From positions 1 to 64,000 of the IMG/VR virus record IMGVR_UViG_3300014202_000529: a stretch of DNA of 64,000 bases, one strand, 5' to 3'. Within the stretch, counting starts at the first letter, position 1; each line of letters opens with the position of its first letter. The stretch comes from a virus (lineage: Duplodnaviria; Caudoviricetes). Below are positions 11,001 to 21,629 of the stretch, in pieces. The notes beneath the pieces are model-generated. The model worked only from the letters and a program-made list of their open reading frames with translations. It ran no database searches and was not told where the DNA came from. Made by a program: the position numbers and the translations under genes.

Positions 11001-14000
11001 TCACAGACTGTGATGCAATATACTGGTCCAAGAAGACGGTTTCGGTGTATGGGAGAGTGAGGAACGCGCCAGTTCTTGCGTAGTCTGAAGAGTTGGTGCT
11101 ATTTACCTCAAGTGCTAGTGCTTGAAGGTTAAATGGTGGTCTGAGTTCTCTCTCTTGAGGATCGATTGAGCACTTATAATCTGAATTGACAACATCACCA
11201 ACACTATGTCCAGTGAATGCATCGACGATGATTCCGTTCTTGAAGCGGTTGGTGCCAGTTTCATCGGTGATTTCTAGATTTTTTGCAGCCTGTTCGAGCA
11301 AGCTTAGTGATGTGTAGTATTCGAGCTTTGAAATTCTTTGTTCAAGTGTTCCAATGTCCCTCATGGTGTAGCGTCTGTTGTCTGTATACCTCTGACGGAT
11401 GCTGGTCAAGAACGCTGTAAACTGAGGAAGAACAATTGTGTAGAGTGTCATTGCATTGTCTTTGTCTGCAGGAGCAACAGGAGACAATGAAGGAACGCCG
11501 CGAAGAACTTCAAATGTACGGTCTCTGGTCAAGACTAACTTGTCAATTCTAGGTAGGAAGTATGAGAAGTCAGTTTCAAACGATGCACCAGACACACCAA
11601 GAATGTTTTCGTCGTAGATTCCAAGAAAATCACCATCCTGGCGGCGAGGTCTGAAATCGATACAATCTCTTAAATTATACTCTCTTCCGGTTGTTGCGGA
11701 AGTGTACGATGGGATGTTAGCGTAGCTGATGTTAGCTGACTGGTAGGAGTCAACGGTTAGGTACCCCAACCCTGAGTGTGCCAAATAGTCAACATAGACA
11801 ACAACGTTTCCTGTTGGACCCGCTTGTCCTGGTTTTAGGCGAATAGAAGCATGATCATAGAGATTGTCCCTCTGACCATTATCCAGTAGATATTTTGTGG
11901 TCATGTCTGACGCGATAGCAACGTTACCATCGGTAATTGGGTTTAGTCCAACGTCATAGACCTTTCTCAAACGGAGAACATCGGATGTGAAAATCGACTG
12001 CGATCTTGCAGGGTCTTTAAGATTCAACCATGCCGCAGAGTTTGCGTAGAATGTGATTTGTGCACCATTTGCGCCGCTGTCCTGTGAAAACCACTGCACC
12101 AATCCGTTATTAGCATCAGGTATCTGAATTCCACCTGAGTTTAATCCCTGCTCAACGTTAGCAACTCTTTGAACTTTACCTCTGAGTAGGTTCCCCAATG
12201 AATGTGAGTAGGGGAGTTTCACCTTCACATAGACATCTGCTGATGCAGCACTGAACATGTTGGGAACGGTGATGGTCCATGTTGATGTGTTGCTTGTGGT
12301 AGTAACAATTACTGAATTTCCATCAGGGTTACCGGATGCAAAGTTGATAACCTGATTGTTAGACATTGGTGATCCGGTGTTGTTTCGAACAACAACAAGA
12401 ATGTTGTCGATTGCATCAGATCCAGAAAGGCTTCCGTTTACTGCGGAAGTGATACCTGCTGCACTGGTGATTGCCGCAACGTTTTGGGTGAACTGAACAC
12501 CAGTGTAGATCTTTCTTCCGGTGTACTCTGTATTTGTGAGGGGCAATCCACCAACAACATCCTGAGCTGCAATGAACGCATAAGGAAGTTCTAGGATAGC
12601 ACTGTTAAAGTTTGTATCAGAGAGGAATGCACCACGGTACTGATCCTCGAATACTGAATATTTGCTGGTATCAGACACATCCATCTTTGTTGAGAAGACA
12701 TGTTGGTTTGTGACAGTGTTTGCATAGACAATTGATTCGAGGTCTTTAAATTCAAAATCTAAGCGGAATTGTGTTTCTACTGATGGAGTTCCGAATGCGA
12801 ATGTTTCAACCCCATGTAGTGTTACGGTGTTGTTAGGTCCGTCATATGAACCGATAGTATGTGTTTCCTCTAGTGAAGTTCCCTCATGGTTGACCACGGT
12901 GAACTTAACACCAGCGTATGCATTTGATACAGGAGAGAAGTTTGCACCCAATTGCATGGTGGTAGATGTCCCGGTTCCACCACAGTTTACAACTTCCGAA
13001 GCGCCAACGTTAGCTTCTAGTGTGTAGGCTCTCCATACTGCGGTTGAGATTGAACTTGCATTTGCACCGCTCTGATAGTCTAGAGCGCGAATGCGAATAG
13101 TGCCCATCGATGTGGCAATCGCGGCTGCAGCATTGGTGGTATCGATTGATGCAGAAGGAACACAATGAAGAACCCCAGCTTGTAGGGTCTTAAATGGGAT
13201 AGGTCCAGCTAAATTAGTAACCTCCACCCAATTCTGGTAATCAATGGTGGTGTTATAGTTTGTGACATTGGCGACATCGCGGGCTCTCTCCGTCTTGATG
13301 TACTGAGGAGCAATGGTTTCAAATTCATACCCCTGGATGTATGCTTTTCCTGGTTCAACCACAATATTGAACGCATTGGCATAAGTCTCATGTGGTTCGA
13401 ATGCAATTTTGAATGGACGGACGGTGAAAGAACCAGATTGGTCATTTGTTCTGCGAGCAAGGGTGTCTTCTAGTTGCGAGTAAATTGGATAAACAATCTT
13501 CTTGGTCAAGTCACCATCGACAACACGAAGGAGTTCAATGAATTTTGTATCATCTTCTGAGTCAAGTGAACGCTTGGAAAGGACCAAGGATATCTTGTAG
13601 CGATCTGCGCCTGGTGCCTGGTAATTGGTAGCGTCCATTGCAGGATCGAGAAGGGATGAATCTGCAATAGCAGTGACGATTGATTCCTCTACCTGTAGAC
13701 CAATACGATAGGTGGGGGTGGTGCTGTATGCATCAAGGATGATGGTCTGAGGAAGGACCTTTACAAAATACCCACTGGTGAAGAACACTCCACTGTCAAT
13801 GCTGCAAATAGATGCATCACCAATGATGGTATTGCTGGTGACGCCTGTTAATCCTGATAAGCTGGTGATGATGCTAACATGAGACGCATTGTCTTCTGTT
13901 GCAATAGGTTCTGTTGCTGCGATATTGAATGTTTGACCAGAAGTGTACTTAATAACAAGGGTTACTGGTGTGGTAAGGGTTGCGTCCTGTGCTGCAATAA

Positions 14001-14328
14001 CGTATGCGCGGACCCCCTCTCCTGCTCCATCAACAATAAATTTCCCAATATAATCATTGATATCGACTGCGTTTCCGTTGATGTCGGTGGATTCAACACA
14101 CACATATTTTGTTTTAGAAGTTTCCAACATGGTCTGACCGCCGGTTACAAGCGAACCATCGCGGTAGATGCTGTCTCCAAACTTCTTAACTTGGTCCTGT
14201 AGAATAGACTGTTGGGTGGTCAATTCTCTAGCTTGAACGGGAAAGCTAGGGCGATAAAGAACTTTGTGGAAATTCTTATCTTCACTGAAATCATCAAAAT
14301 ATGGACCCTGAGAGATATCAATAGCCAT
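8092..14328 (-). CDS. large virion structural protein (DUF4815/VrlC-like)
   Basis: 2078 aa; PYFDDF..FHKVLYRP..VQARELT N-terminus, DPLAQTF motif, PRIRDFRVIAL C-terminus; follows gp8. Confidence 0.8.
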   Translation of the reverse strand: MAIDISQGPYFDDFSEDKNFHKVLYRPSFPVQARELTTQQSILQDQVKKFGDSIYRDGSLVTGGQTMLETSKTKYVCVESTDINGNAVDINDYIGKFIVDGAGEGVRAYVIAAQDATLTTPVTLVIKYTSGQTFNIAATEPIATEDNASHVSIITSLSGLTGVTSNTIIGDASICSIDSGVFFTSGYFVKVLPQTIILDAYSTTPTYRIGLQVEESIVTAIADSSLLDPAMDATNYQAPGADRYKISLVLSKRSLDSEDDTKFIELLRVVDGDLTKKIVYPIYSQLEDTLARRTNDQSGSFTVRPFKIAFEPHETYANAFNIVVEPGKAYIQGYEFETIAPQYIKTERARDVANVTNYNTTIDYQNWVEVTNLAGPIPFKTLQAGVLHCVPSASIDTTNAAAAIATSMGTIRIRALDYQSGANASSISTAVWRAYTLEANVGASEVVNCGGTGTSTTMQLGANFSPVSNAYAGVKFTVVNHEGTSLEETHTIGSYDGPNNTVTLHGVETFAFGTPSVETQFRLDFEFKDLESIVYANTVTNQHVFSTKMDVSDTSKYSVFEDQYRGAFLSDTNFNSAILELPYAFIAAQDVVGGLPLTNTEYTGRKIYTGVQFTQNVAAITSAAGITSAVNGSLSGSDAIDNILVVVRNNTGSPMSNNQVINFASGNPDGNSVIVTTTSNTSTWTITVPNMFSAASADVYVKVKLPYSHSLGNLLRGKVQRVANVEQGLNSGGIQIPDANNGLVQWFSQDSGANGAQITFYANSAAWLNLKDPARSQSIFTSDVLRLRKVYDVGLNPITDGNVAIASDMTTKYLLDNGQRDNLYDHASIRLKPGQAGPTGNVVVYVDYLAHSGLGYLTVDSYQSANISYANIPSYTSATTGREYNLRDCIDFRPRRQDGDFLGIYDENILGVSGASFETDFSYFLPRIDKLVLTRDRTFEVLRGVPSLSPVAPADKDNAMTLYTIVLPQFTAFLTSIRQRYTDNRRYTMRDIGTLEQRISKLEYYTSLSLLEQAAKNLEITDETGTNRFKNGIIVDAFTGHSVGDVVNSDYKCSIDPQERELRPPFNLQALALEVNSTNSSDYARTGAFLTLPYTETVFLDQYIASQSVNVNPFNTVAFIGNIKLDPSSDTWIDTNQLPDVHVNLEGDNDAWDAITRAVEQNAENDPNSVFGTVWNSWQTSWAGVTAQSTQVINPKWRGYLGHTGHLVNVYGNVVGRTTTELTQQQVRTGVQTSFVPQTITQSIGNRVVDVSIVPTIRSRGVLFIGKVFAPNTTMYAFFDETPVTQYCNRPNVVKVNNPTITYKDDYQDSEVVRVYDPARGENSAFALVVTSRNEDGHTNVSIVSLEGGDDGNVANSYIVHSTNSTFLIGETSGANARISGYYHNSGFVENPNTTSILLQHDIANSNVGISNTTLVGQKIYFTSGQGLGQESTITAYDYVTRNVSFSPALSVTPNTQTSYSIGALRTDYRGEISGIFVIPSSNALSFRTGERPFTLVDSINGIIEGSGTNGTVKYVAQGMLQTQENTTISTRVPTIQRTEINDARTVTTTTVTDSVIGRRRIGYWDPLAQTFLVDQGLFPSGIMLTSVRLLIKSVDPNIPLQVQLRPVVNGFPHSSEVIPGSDIILNAEDCNVVSEDALAAVYAAGLNPLDDATLYTEARFTGPVYLQQGAEYCIVLMANSVKYEVYISHMGNNILGTDRLISSQPYLGVFFKSQNSTTWNPIQEEDLTFRFMRASFDSSVFSNIEFQLSASNGISSNVPIDTFYVTAGNLLLPNTVIAAAAATTLASGVKEQNKTIELQENVYFDDTLGRRVATSSVASFKLRIFLTSTNSDISPVVDIDRLSVLAIENLCNNLPLSNASLVVTSSSQNWTTAANLSVSISGGGGSGANAYISNNQIDSNNSVLANLVVDLAGSGYTGTPNVVISGNTSLTATISISGEDQPSGGPANARYITRQVTLADGMDAGDFRVHFAAYKPSVANIYVYYKILSADDPDTFDSKSYKLMTAIKGSNNVSLNQNDFGEFVFAPGSDNIADDRVQYGSFTSFKTFAIKIVMTTTDTTRVPRIRDFRVIALPSLS

Positions 14329-14356
14329 GAAATATCCTTAAGTTGGGTTATGGAAT

Positions 14357-14364
14357 TATTTATA
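14357..14364 (-). promoter_or_regulatory. T4-type late promoter TATAAATA
   Basis: Exact consensus, intergenic, upstream of 14328. Confidence 0.75.
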
Positions 14365-14372
14365 CAAGTTTT

Positions 14373-15710
14373 TTAAAAGGTTAATACAATTTTGATCCAC
14401 TCAGCTTGTCCAGGGGTTCGAATTACTGCTGCCCTATTCTCTGTATAGACGATATCCCCTGTTTCAGGTTCCAAGTATGGGTCTGTATATCCGACAACGG
14501 TTCTTGAAGTTCCTGAGTTTGCACCAATGAGCAATCCACCTGGAATTGGTGTACCCTGTCTGTCCACACATTCTACAGCATTAGTCATAACGTCCAACAC
14601 AGTCCCAGAGAACGTAGAGTTTGATGCCGCATTACCTTGGTATACCAACTCATCCTGTAGGTATGAGGGTCCAGAAGTAAGAACTATTTGCGTAGTCATC
14701 GAAATTGCTATATTGGCATTCACATGCGCAACTGGTGTGGTTTCTCCATATTTATGAGGTCTTAGAAGAAGCCCAACCTGTCTGAAATCGTTATTTGCGC
14801 TGATGGTATCGCCTTCAGTGGAATCAGATTCCCCGATCTTGACAGATATCATGACCGCATTTGCGCCCAATTCTCTTGCAGGATTGAAACCATGACCCCC
14901 GTATGGGGAAAGCACCATCCTTACATTCGCATCACTACCAGATCCAAAAATAGTGGTTCGAGAATTCTGACGGAGATACCCACTTCCCCTATTTGTAAGG
15001 GTGACGGACTCGACATTTCCATTAGCATTCACATTAACGGTTGCATTACCCAACGATCCTGATCCAGTAATTTCTATGGTGGTGTTGGTATTGGAATACC
15101 CAAATCCACCAGACTCCAAGATCAAGCGCGAAATTGCACCAGCGACTAAGTTATTTGCAAATCCGAAATATGACTCAGACTGAAATGTGGGTGCTGGTAT
15201 CCATGAAGTGGTTAAAAATTTACTAGTCCCTGGTACTTTATACATATACTTCCACAAATACCCATCACCAGTATCCACAAATCCATTTGCAGTGGTGTAG
15301 TTGTTTGCTGGTTCTATTGTGGAGAGTGCACCATTCGCATTGTCGATACACTTGTAGACGTTACCTGACGATGTGTAGATGTACATCGAATTCTGGGAAG
15401 AAAAGAGGACATTGCTTCTATCATCATACTGTGTGTAGATGATATTTGACGCCCAATCCTGTCTAGGAATAACGGGGAAGATGTCGTTCCCGGTTATCTT
15501 TTTACCACCAATAAAGTTGTTGAATGTGTCGAATAGAGTTGACTCGGTATCATAGATTGCAACAGCATTATCGCCATTTGCCCAAGCTGCTGGGCGCCCG
15601 AGCATGATGTAACCAACAGTCGCATCATTGGCGCTGGTGACGAACCCCTCATAAAAGAGGTATGCTTTTTCGTATCCGAGACGGTAAGATATTGATGAAA
15701 AATTTGACAT
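14373..15710 (-). CDS. gp8: baseplate wedge subunit gp8
   Basis: VYKCIDN, DGYLWKYMY, DFRQVGLL and E-x-IKIVLTF motifs; gene order 6-7-8. Confidence 0.88.
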   Translation of the reverse strand: MSNFSSISYRLGYEKAYLFYEGFVTSANDATVGYIMLGRPAAWANGDNAVAIYDTESTLFDTFNNFIGGKKITGNDIFPVIPRQDWASNIIYTQYDDRSNVLFSSQNSMYIYTSSGNVYKCIDNANGALSTIEPANNYTTANGFVDTGDGYLWKYMYKVPGTSKFLTTSWIPAPTFQSESYFGFANNLVAGAISRLILESGGFGYSNTNTTIEITGSGSLGNATVNVNANGNVESVTLTNRGSGYLRQNSRTTIFGSGSDANVRMVLSPYGGHGFNPARELGANAVMISVKIGESDSTEGDTISANNDFRQVGLLLRPHKYGETTPVAHVNANIAISMTTQIVLTSGPSYLQDELVYQGNAASNSTFSGTVLDVMTNAVECVDRQGTPIPGGLLIGANSGTSRTVVGYTDPYLEPETGDIVYTENRAAVIRTPGQAEWIKIVLTF

Positions 15711-15734
15711 ATTTCTTCCTATTACTCAACTATC

Positions 15735-15742
15735 TATTTATG
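15735..15742 (-). promoter_or_regulatory. late promoter variant (CATAAATA)
   Basis: Overlaps the gp7 stop codon, upstream of gp8. Confidence 0.5.
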
Positions 15743-18086
15743 ATGCTTCCTGATATGTATTTGCGATGTTTACACTACTGACACCAGAAACCCGTATCTC
15801 TGTGTCGATGGTGTATTCTGCTCTAAGTGCTAAACCTGCAGGATGTACCAAATCCTTTAATATTTCCTTATACTTGACCAATTCAGTCTGGGATTGAATG
15901 ATGTATGAGAAATTACTGTAATACCCACCACTCTCAAGACGCTGATCTGAGCTTAGGAATCCCTCGGTTGTCTGGAATCGTCCTGGTGCCAAGAATAGAT
16001 TGCTCACCATCACTGCTACTGCAGTAGCTTTCCCATTACCCAAATCACTCAAGTCTATGGTTGGTGTTGACTGGTACCCATATCCTGGATTAGTAATCTT
16101 TACGGAACGAATTTTTCCAACTGGTTCTTGGGTCTGCGATGAAAGTTCAAATTCAGCACCACCAGACAAGACCAACTCTGCTCGTAAATTTGCTCCAGCC
16201 GCGAATGGGTTAGTTGAAGTCACCCCCATTGTGGGAAGAGAGTTCTGTCTGTAGTTCATACCACCAACAAAATACCTACCGTAGACCCCAAGTTTTCTGT
16301 TTGTTGATGTTCTGGTAAATGCGGTATTGACGATCAAATGTTCTGCGTTGGTAATAGTAGTTATATAACTTGATTCGCTGTTAATTTCAATGTGGTCTCC
16401 GACAAATAGCTCCGTATCAAATGATGTGCCAGTTCCAACCACTTCCGTATTAGCAACGGTTGGGTTAACATTAACAGTTCCACTGACGCGGGATGGTCTG
16501 AAGCTGACAGTCTTGATGCCGGAATTAGCAGAATGCAATTCAGTTACTTCTGCTGCTGCCCCCACACCAAACCCCACACCAGGAATATTTTCGAATGTAA
16601 CTTCATCCCCAATACTATAATTGACACCACCATTGGCGACATTCATTTTTCCTAAAATACCAAACCAGGATAGAGAGACGTTCGCTGTTGCAACATTTCC
16701 ATTTGCAGTGTTTCCGGTTAGGTATATAATTGGTGCATCAACAGTAAGTGTTGGTGGTGTGGTGAACACCGATGTGCTGCTGAGAATGGTAAGTTCCCTT
16801 ATAGGACCAACCCTCTCGATTGGGTGTCTACCAAGAATGAAATCGGTGAATGCTGTACTCATAACTGTATTGACGTTTTCCGACAATCCTGGTGTGAAGT
16901 AGTAATCAGGATCAGACATAACAGTGTTTGCCCACAGTGAAAGTACATCCTGATTGATTGGGTAGGAATTGGGATGTGTATTTCCCGATGTATCAACTGC
17001 AATTACTGCAGCATTTAACCCAGTATTTGGGGTTGATGTAATTCTTGTTAGCTGCCCAGCTTGGTACCCAACACCACCACTGACAATTCGTATGTTGGAA
17101 ATGAGTGCATCAAACACAGAATCAATTATTGCGGTTGCGGGTGTCAGAGGAAATCCCCCAGTAATTGTGACAACATCGCCGACGTTATAGGACTGTCCAC
17201 CATCGGTGACGCTGATGTATGAGAGGTATGAAATTAATTGACCATAAATGTCAATGTACAACCCCTCATCAACATCATATGTCCATCTACCTTTTATAAT
17301 TTCTGATTGGGAAAACGAACCAAGAGGAGTGCTAATGACCAAATCAAGTTGTGTAATACCATCCGAAACGACTTCTTGAAGAGTTTCTGATATGGCGGAT
17401 GCACCAGAGGACTGACCGATGAACCTAACTACAATGGTGCCAGTTTGAAATAAATCTATTAGATCTGCTCCATCATACTCAACCTTAACCACTGCGTTTG
17501 CCGTTGGTGCAGTGTCGAATATGATATATGGATCGTTTGGTGAATGTCTGTATCCAGAAGACTGCAGCGCCCCATCTACATAAACGGTTGCATCAACTCC
17601 CCTGGAATGATCAAGTGCTTTAAATCTAACTGCGGACCCATCTGCGGTTTCCAGAGTCCACATGGTGGTGTCCATTCTCAAAGAAGCAGAGTTGGACCAT
17701 CCGCTTGTAGAAGCTCGCAACACACTTGTTTGTGGGTAATAGACGGTAATATCTTGACCATATAATAGACGGAAGAGAAGCTTAACTGAGGCATCAGTTC
17801 CTTTTGTTCGGTACAGCTCCTTTGCATGCTGTATCATGAACTCAGGTCTGGTCAATTGTTCTTTGGGGAACAGGGGAAGAAATTGCTTAGTGAAATATTC
17901 GATGAAGGATGTGAGACTTGCATCGAGGTCAATTGCACTTGGTAGACTTTTGCTGAGGTTCATGACCTGTCCGGTTGAATCCATCCAGGCATAGTACGCA
18001 GAGACGAAATCGACAAACGTATCGTAGTTATTCCTAACGAATTCAGGAAGTTGTTGGCGGACAAGAAGTGAAACTGTGTTTGCCAT
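15738..18086 (-). CDS. gp7: baseplate wedge initiator gp7-like
   Basis: QLPEFVR, LYRTKGT..S.KLLFRLLYG, YYSNFSYII and LVHPAG motifs; between gp6 and gp8. Confidence 0.8.
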   Translation of the reverse strand: MANTVSLLVRQQLPEFVRNNYDTFVDFVSAYYAWMDSTGQVMNLSKSLPSAIDLDASLTSFIEYFTKQFLPLFPKEQLTRPEFMIQHAKELYRTKGTDASVKLLFRLLYGQDITVYYPQTSVLRASTSGWSNSASLRMDTTMWTLETADGSAVRFKALDHSRGVDATVYVDGALQSSGYRHSPNDPYIIFDTAPTANAVVKVEYDGADLIDLFQTGTIVVRFIGQSSGASAISETLQEVVSDGITQLDLVISTPLGSFSQSEIIKGRWTYDVDEGLYIDIYGQLISYLSYISVTDGGQSYNVGDVVTITGGFPLTPATAIIDSVFDALISNIRIVSGGVGYQAGQLTRITSTPNTGLNAAVIAVDTSGNTHPNSYPINQDVLSLWANTVMSDPDYYFTPGLSENVNTVMSTAFTDFILGRHPIERVGPIRELTILSSTSVFTTPPTLTVDAPIIYLTGNTANGNVATANVSLSWFGILGKMNVANGGVNYSIGDEVTFENIPGVGFGVGAAAEVTELHSANSGIKTVSFRPSRVSGTVNVNPTVANTEVVGTGTSFDTELFVGDHIEINSESSYITTITNAEHLIVNTAFTRTSTNRKLGVYGRYFVGGMNYRQNSLPTMGVTSTNPFAAGANLRAELVLSGGAEFELSSQTQEPVGKIRSVKITNPGYGYQSTPTIDLSDLGNGKATAVAVMVSNLFLAPGRFQTTEGFLSSDQRLESGGYYSNFSYIIQSQTELVKYKEILKDLVHPAGLALRAEYTIDTEIRVSGVSSVNIANTYQEAS

Positions 18087-20122
18087 TATTTGACCAATAC
18101 GTCAATAGATATTGAACTAGAATCATCTTCATCTAGAATCAATAGCTGGTTTCGTTGTGTTTCGATGATTCCCGAATCTGGTTGTACATCAATCCTAATA
18201 TCTGCGCTATCGAGTACGGTTTCAACAACGGTGAGGTTGTTTATGACCAATTCACCTGTCTGGTAATTAATGGTGCCAATTTCTGGATTAATATCTACTT
18301 TTTCTGAGTTATTGTTGTAGTAGAAGAGTCTCAAGGTTCCAAATTTAGACTGAACGACTGCTGACGCTGAACCTTCTGATCCATCCCCATCAATTGTAAC
18401 AACTGCGGAAGTGTATCCCGTACCCCTTTTAACAACACTAATAGTTTCAATTCTTCCATTGACAATTGTTGCATTAGCGGTTGCACCTGAACCATCACCT
18501 GTAATTGTAACGTTTGGTGCAACAGTATAATTGAATCCTGGGTTAGTAATTGTTATGGAATCTACACCTGTTGATGAATTAAAAACTTCTTCTATATATG
18601 CAGTCCTGAGAACATTTGAGTTGTCACGCGCCATGAATGCGCTGGACTTTAACGCATGTTGAATAGGAGCATGACGCAGAGCTGTACCGAAGTTTACATT
18701 GTATGTAGTGGATCTTCCAAGAGTAGGGGTAAACCGTTTCTCCAAACGAACCACGGTTTCAGATCCGATGATTGCTGGAAGGGTGTCATCTACCTCTCGA
18801 CCAAATTTAGAAATTACAAAGTCTGCTCCGAATTGGTTAAACGTAGTATCTGCATAGGAAATGATGGAATCTCTCACTGCTGATGCAACCTGTGTTGAGC
18901 TTAAGAGGGTTTCCTTCCCATCAACATCTACACGTATTTCAAATTTCAAATATACGTAATCAGGATCTACGAGAACTGGTGTCACGGTGAGAATTGCGAT
19001 AGGTGAAAGAATCTGGGAAACGATTCTTGACTTTTCGGCATTGTTTAGAACCACTCCATCCTTTGGTGCAATGGACACAAAAACTTTTCCGTACACTGGT
19101 GGGATATTATCTTCACCACCCCACACAAAAACACTTTGAATATTTGGGTATCTGGTCTTAAGGAGAACTTCATAATCCTTTTGGGTAACTGCTCGACCCT
19201 GCGCGGTATATGATATAGGTGCATTGGTTCTGATAGATTCGTCATTTTCTCTCTCTGCACCACCAGAAGCGGCTGAAACAGAAGATACGATAACATTGGA
19301 GAACCCACCAATAGAACCGGTAGCGAATGAATTTGCTCTATTTGCATCACCACCAGAAGTGCTGAGGTAAGTTGCAATGACAATGTTTCCGTTTGAGAGT
19401 GCCTTAGAGATACGTCCATCACCAAACGTTATTCTATACTTGTTATCCGCTGCTGGGCTCAAATAGTAGACTGCGCTGTTTGATGTTAATTCTGTAATGT
19501 CGGTTGATAGGGTGTGCACTTCTGTTGCTGTGTTGAGCGCGGATGTTTGGACCGACACTGAAAGGGTGCTGGTATCCACATCATCATTAGGTAGATCAAA
19601 TTGTGAAGATGGATTTGTGACAGCATCATGTGTAAAGGTTGCGATCTGTGGGGTACCTGCTTTAATCTCAAGTTCACTAAACTCAAACACTCCGTTTTCT
19701 TTGAAGACCGTTTGTGCTCCAGTATTGACAAATGTGTAGTTCACCCCGTCAATAGCCTCTGACTGGAATTGGGTAAATCTCTCCAATGTCAGTACAGATT
19801 GTGTATTTCCCCCTGGTGGAGTGACGGTGATGTTTACGGTTGCGGTTGCAGCTCTACGGGAAACAGGTAGATAATTTAATGCTTTCGCATGAGAGAGCAG
19901 AGAATTTCGGATCTGTGCACTGTCAATGAACAATTCATTTGCCATCATATTGTAATAGAATGAATTGTAGTAGGTGTTATATGCTAACAGATTGATCAAT
20001 ATGGATAATGCAGACCCCTCAAAATTATAGTCCAAGAACGTCTGTTGTGATTGGAGGTATGCTTTGAGGTTTGTCTTGATTGTCTCAAAATCTAATTCTG
20101 AGATGATTAGTTTCTCTGCCAT
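18086..20122 (-). CDS. gp6: baseplate wedge subunit gp6
   Basis: LDFETIKTNLKAYL..DYNFEGS, RAVTQKDY and WGGEDN.PPVYGKVF motifs. Confidence 0.93.
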   Translation of the reverse strand: MAEKLIISELDFETIKTNLKAYLQSQQTFLDYNFEGSALSILINLLAYNTYYNSFYYNMMANELFIDSAQIRNSLLSHAKALNYLPVSRRAATATVNITVTPPGGNTQSVLTLERFTQFQSEAIDGVNYTFVNTGAQTVFKENGVFEFSELEIKAGTPQIATFTHDAVTNPSSQFDLPNDDVDTSTLSVSVQTSALNTATEVHTLSTDITELTSNSAVYYLSPAADNKYRITFGDGRISKALSNGNIVIATYLSTSGGDANRANSFATGSIGGFSNVIVSSVSAASGGAERENDESIRTNAPISYTAQGRAVTQKDYEVLLKTRYPNIQSVFVWGGEDNIPPVYGKVFVSIAPKDGVVLNNAEKSRIVSQILSPIAILTVTPVLVDPDYVYLKFEIRVDVDGKETLLSSTQVASAVRDSIISYADTTFNQFGADFVISKFGREVDDTLPAIIGSETVVRLEKRFTPTLGRSTTYNVNFGTALRHAPIQHALKSSAFMARDNSNVLRTAYIEEVFNSSTGVDSITITNPGFNYTVAPNVTITGDGSGATANATIVNGRIETISVVKRGTGYTSAVVTIDGDGSEGSASAVVQSKFGTLRLFYYNNNSEKVDINPEIGTINYQTGELVINNLTVVETVLDSADIRIDVQPDSGIIETQRNQLLILDEDDSSSISIDVLVK

Positions 20123-20123
20123 A

Positions 20124-20513
20124 TTACCTTACCTTCTCTAATACAAAGTTAACGGTGAATGGGTTTGGAAATGTATTAATAAACACCCTGAGAGTGACAT
20201 CGTATCGATTTTCATCTTCGTTTGGGGTGACGATGAGGGATTGGACCCTTGCTCTTGGTTCAAAGTTATCAATAGTTTCCTTTATGAAACGGGAAATATC
20301 ACTTGCTGTGAAGTCAGAGACGTTTTCGAATAACAATTTTCTTATGTTTGATCCAATTTCGGGATGAAATGGAACCTCATAGTGGTTCGTCTGCAGCAAA
20401 TTCATTATCGAGCGAACTACAGAATCCTCATTTCTCTTTAGAACAAGGTCCTTCCTGATCGGATGAATTGCGAAATCGAGCGTAAAATCTTGATAGATAG
20501 TGGTATTTGCCAT
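20124..20513 (-). CDS. gp25: baseplate wedge subunit gp25
   Basis: SIMNLLQT..E.PFHPEIGS and FEPRA motifs; directly upstream of gp6. Confidence 0.9.
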   Translation of the reverse strand: MANTTIYQDFTLDFAIHPIRKDLVLKRNEDSVVRSIMNLLQTNHYEVPFHPEIGSNIRKLLFENVSDFTASDISRFIKETIDNFEPRARVQSLIVTPNEDENRYDVTLRVFINTFPNPFTVNFVLEKVR

Positions 20514-20520
20514 AGTGATA

Positions 20521-20528
20521 TATTTAGG
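20521..20528 (-). promoter_or_regulatory. late promoter variant (CCTAAATA)
   Basis: Intergenic, upstream of gp25. Confidence 0.55.
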
Positions 20529-20530
20529 TG

Positions 20531-21310
20531 TTATGTTCGTCTATTGGCTAAAACGTTCAAAAACCCACCTGGGTTGGTGTTGCTGATGGTTTCGAAAACG
20601 AAGTGTGCACATGGGTTACCATTCAGTGCTTCCAGAGCTAACCCCAATGCTGCGGATTGTAGTTGATTCACTGCGTTATGAAGGAATTGTGAATCTTTGT
20701 CCATGATACCCCTGATAGCGTTAGATATTTGGGACATCAGATCGAGTATATCGGCAAGAGTCGCAACCCCACGCTCCAACCTACCGAGCATATTAGCTAC
20801 GGTGTTGGTGTATCCCTTAAATGTGTCCTGTGAGAACAATCCAGTAGCACCCCCAATAACCGCAAGACACTCCGATGCACCACCAACGATAGAAAGCATG
20901 TTTTGCATCTGCAGACCAATAGACAGTATTTGTGATAGTCCCGGCGCCTCGATTCCCTGACTCTTCAAGATTCCAGAAAGTCTGCCAGTATGCATGAGGA
21001 AATTCCCCATAGATGTTCTCACATCTTCAAATGGATCTCCCGCTAAAAAGTCTGTTGCCTCAGACTGTGAAAAGTTCGGATTGGTTATTGAACCATTGGA
21101 TACATTCGTTACATAAGTTTCAATCCGACCGACTGCATCCCCTAGGAAATTTGTATCACTCACCATTGGGTTGGTGAACAATCCACCTGGATTGCTGGTC
21201 ATCTTATCAACCAACGAAACGGTAGTGTCCGACATACCTTCTGTCACTGGTGGCAACTTTGGTATTTCAAGAGAAGAGGGAATATGTGAGAAATCTAAAT
21301 CAAATGCCAT
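20531..21310 (-). CDS. hypothetical helical protein in baseplate operon
   Basis: 259-aa ORF between PAAR and gp25. Confidence 0.7.
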   Translation of the reverse strand: MAFDLDFSHIPSSLEIPKLPPVTEGMSDTTVSLVDKMTSNPGGLFTNPMVSDTNFLGDAVGRIETYVTNVSNGSITNPNFSQSEATDFLAGDPFEDVRTSMGNFLMHTGRLSGILKSQGIEAPGLSQILSIGLQMQNMLSIVGGASECLAVIGGATGLFSQDTFKGYTNTVANMLGRLERGVATLADILDLMSQISNAIRGIMDKDSQFLHNAVNQLQSAALGLALEALNGNPCAHFVFETISNTNPGGFLNVLANRRT

Positions 21311-21317
21311 GTTTCAC

Positions 21318-21629
21318 CTATGCTGCAAAAACTGTTACCGACCCAGTTAAAACTATTGAACCACAATCTATTGCATCAGTTACTCGAACAAGAGGTAGAC
21401 CATCACAGAATACGGTAAATGACCCACCAACACTAACACCAGAATGCACATTTAAAATGTTTGTGTGTGGCGCCCACTGGTCAGTAACTCTGACTGCAGG
21501 AATCCCATCAACAAAAACTGTTGGTGATGCTGTGATTGCTGGACGAGGGGGAAAGTATGTGGGTCCAGCCGGGTGACCACTGCACATGTCTATTCCCAAT
21601 CTTGCAACACCTAAAGGAATTCCTGCCAT
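21318..21629 (-). CDS. PAAR spike-tip protein (gp5.4-like)
   Basis: CSGH, PAVR.TD..PH and PLVRVTDAIDCG repeats; directly after gp5. Confidence 0.9.
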   Translation of the reverse strand: MAGIPLGVARLGIDMCSGHPAGPTYFPPRPAITASPTVFVDGIPAVRVTDQWAPHTNILNVHSGVSVGGSFTVFCDGLPLVRVTDAIDCGSIVLTGSVTVFAA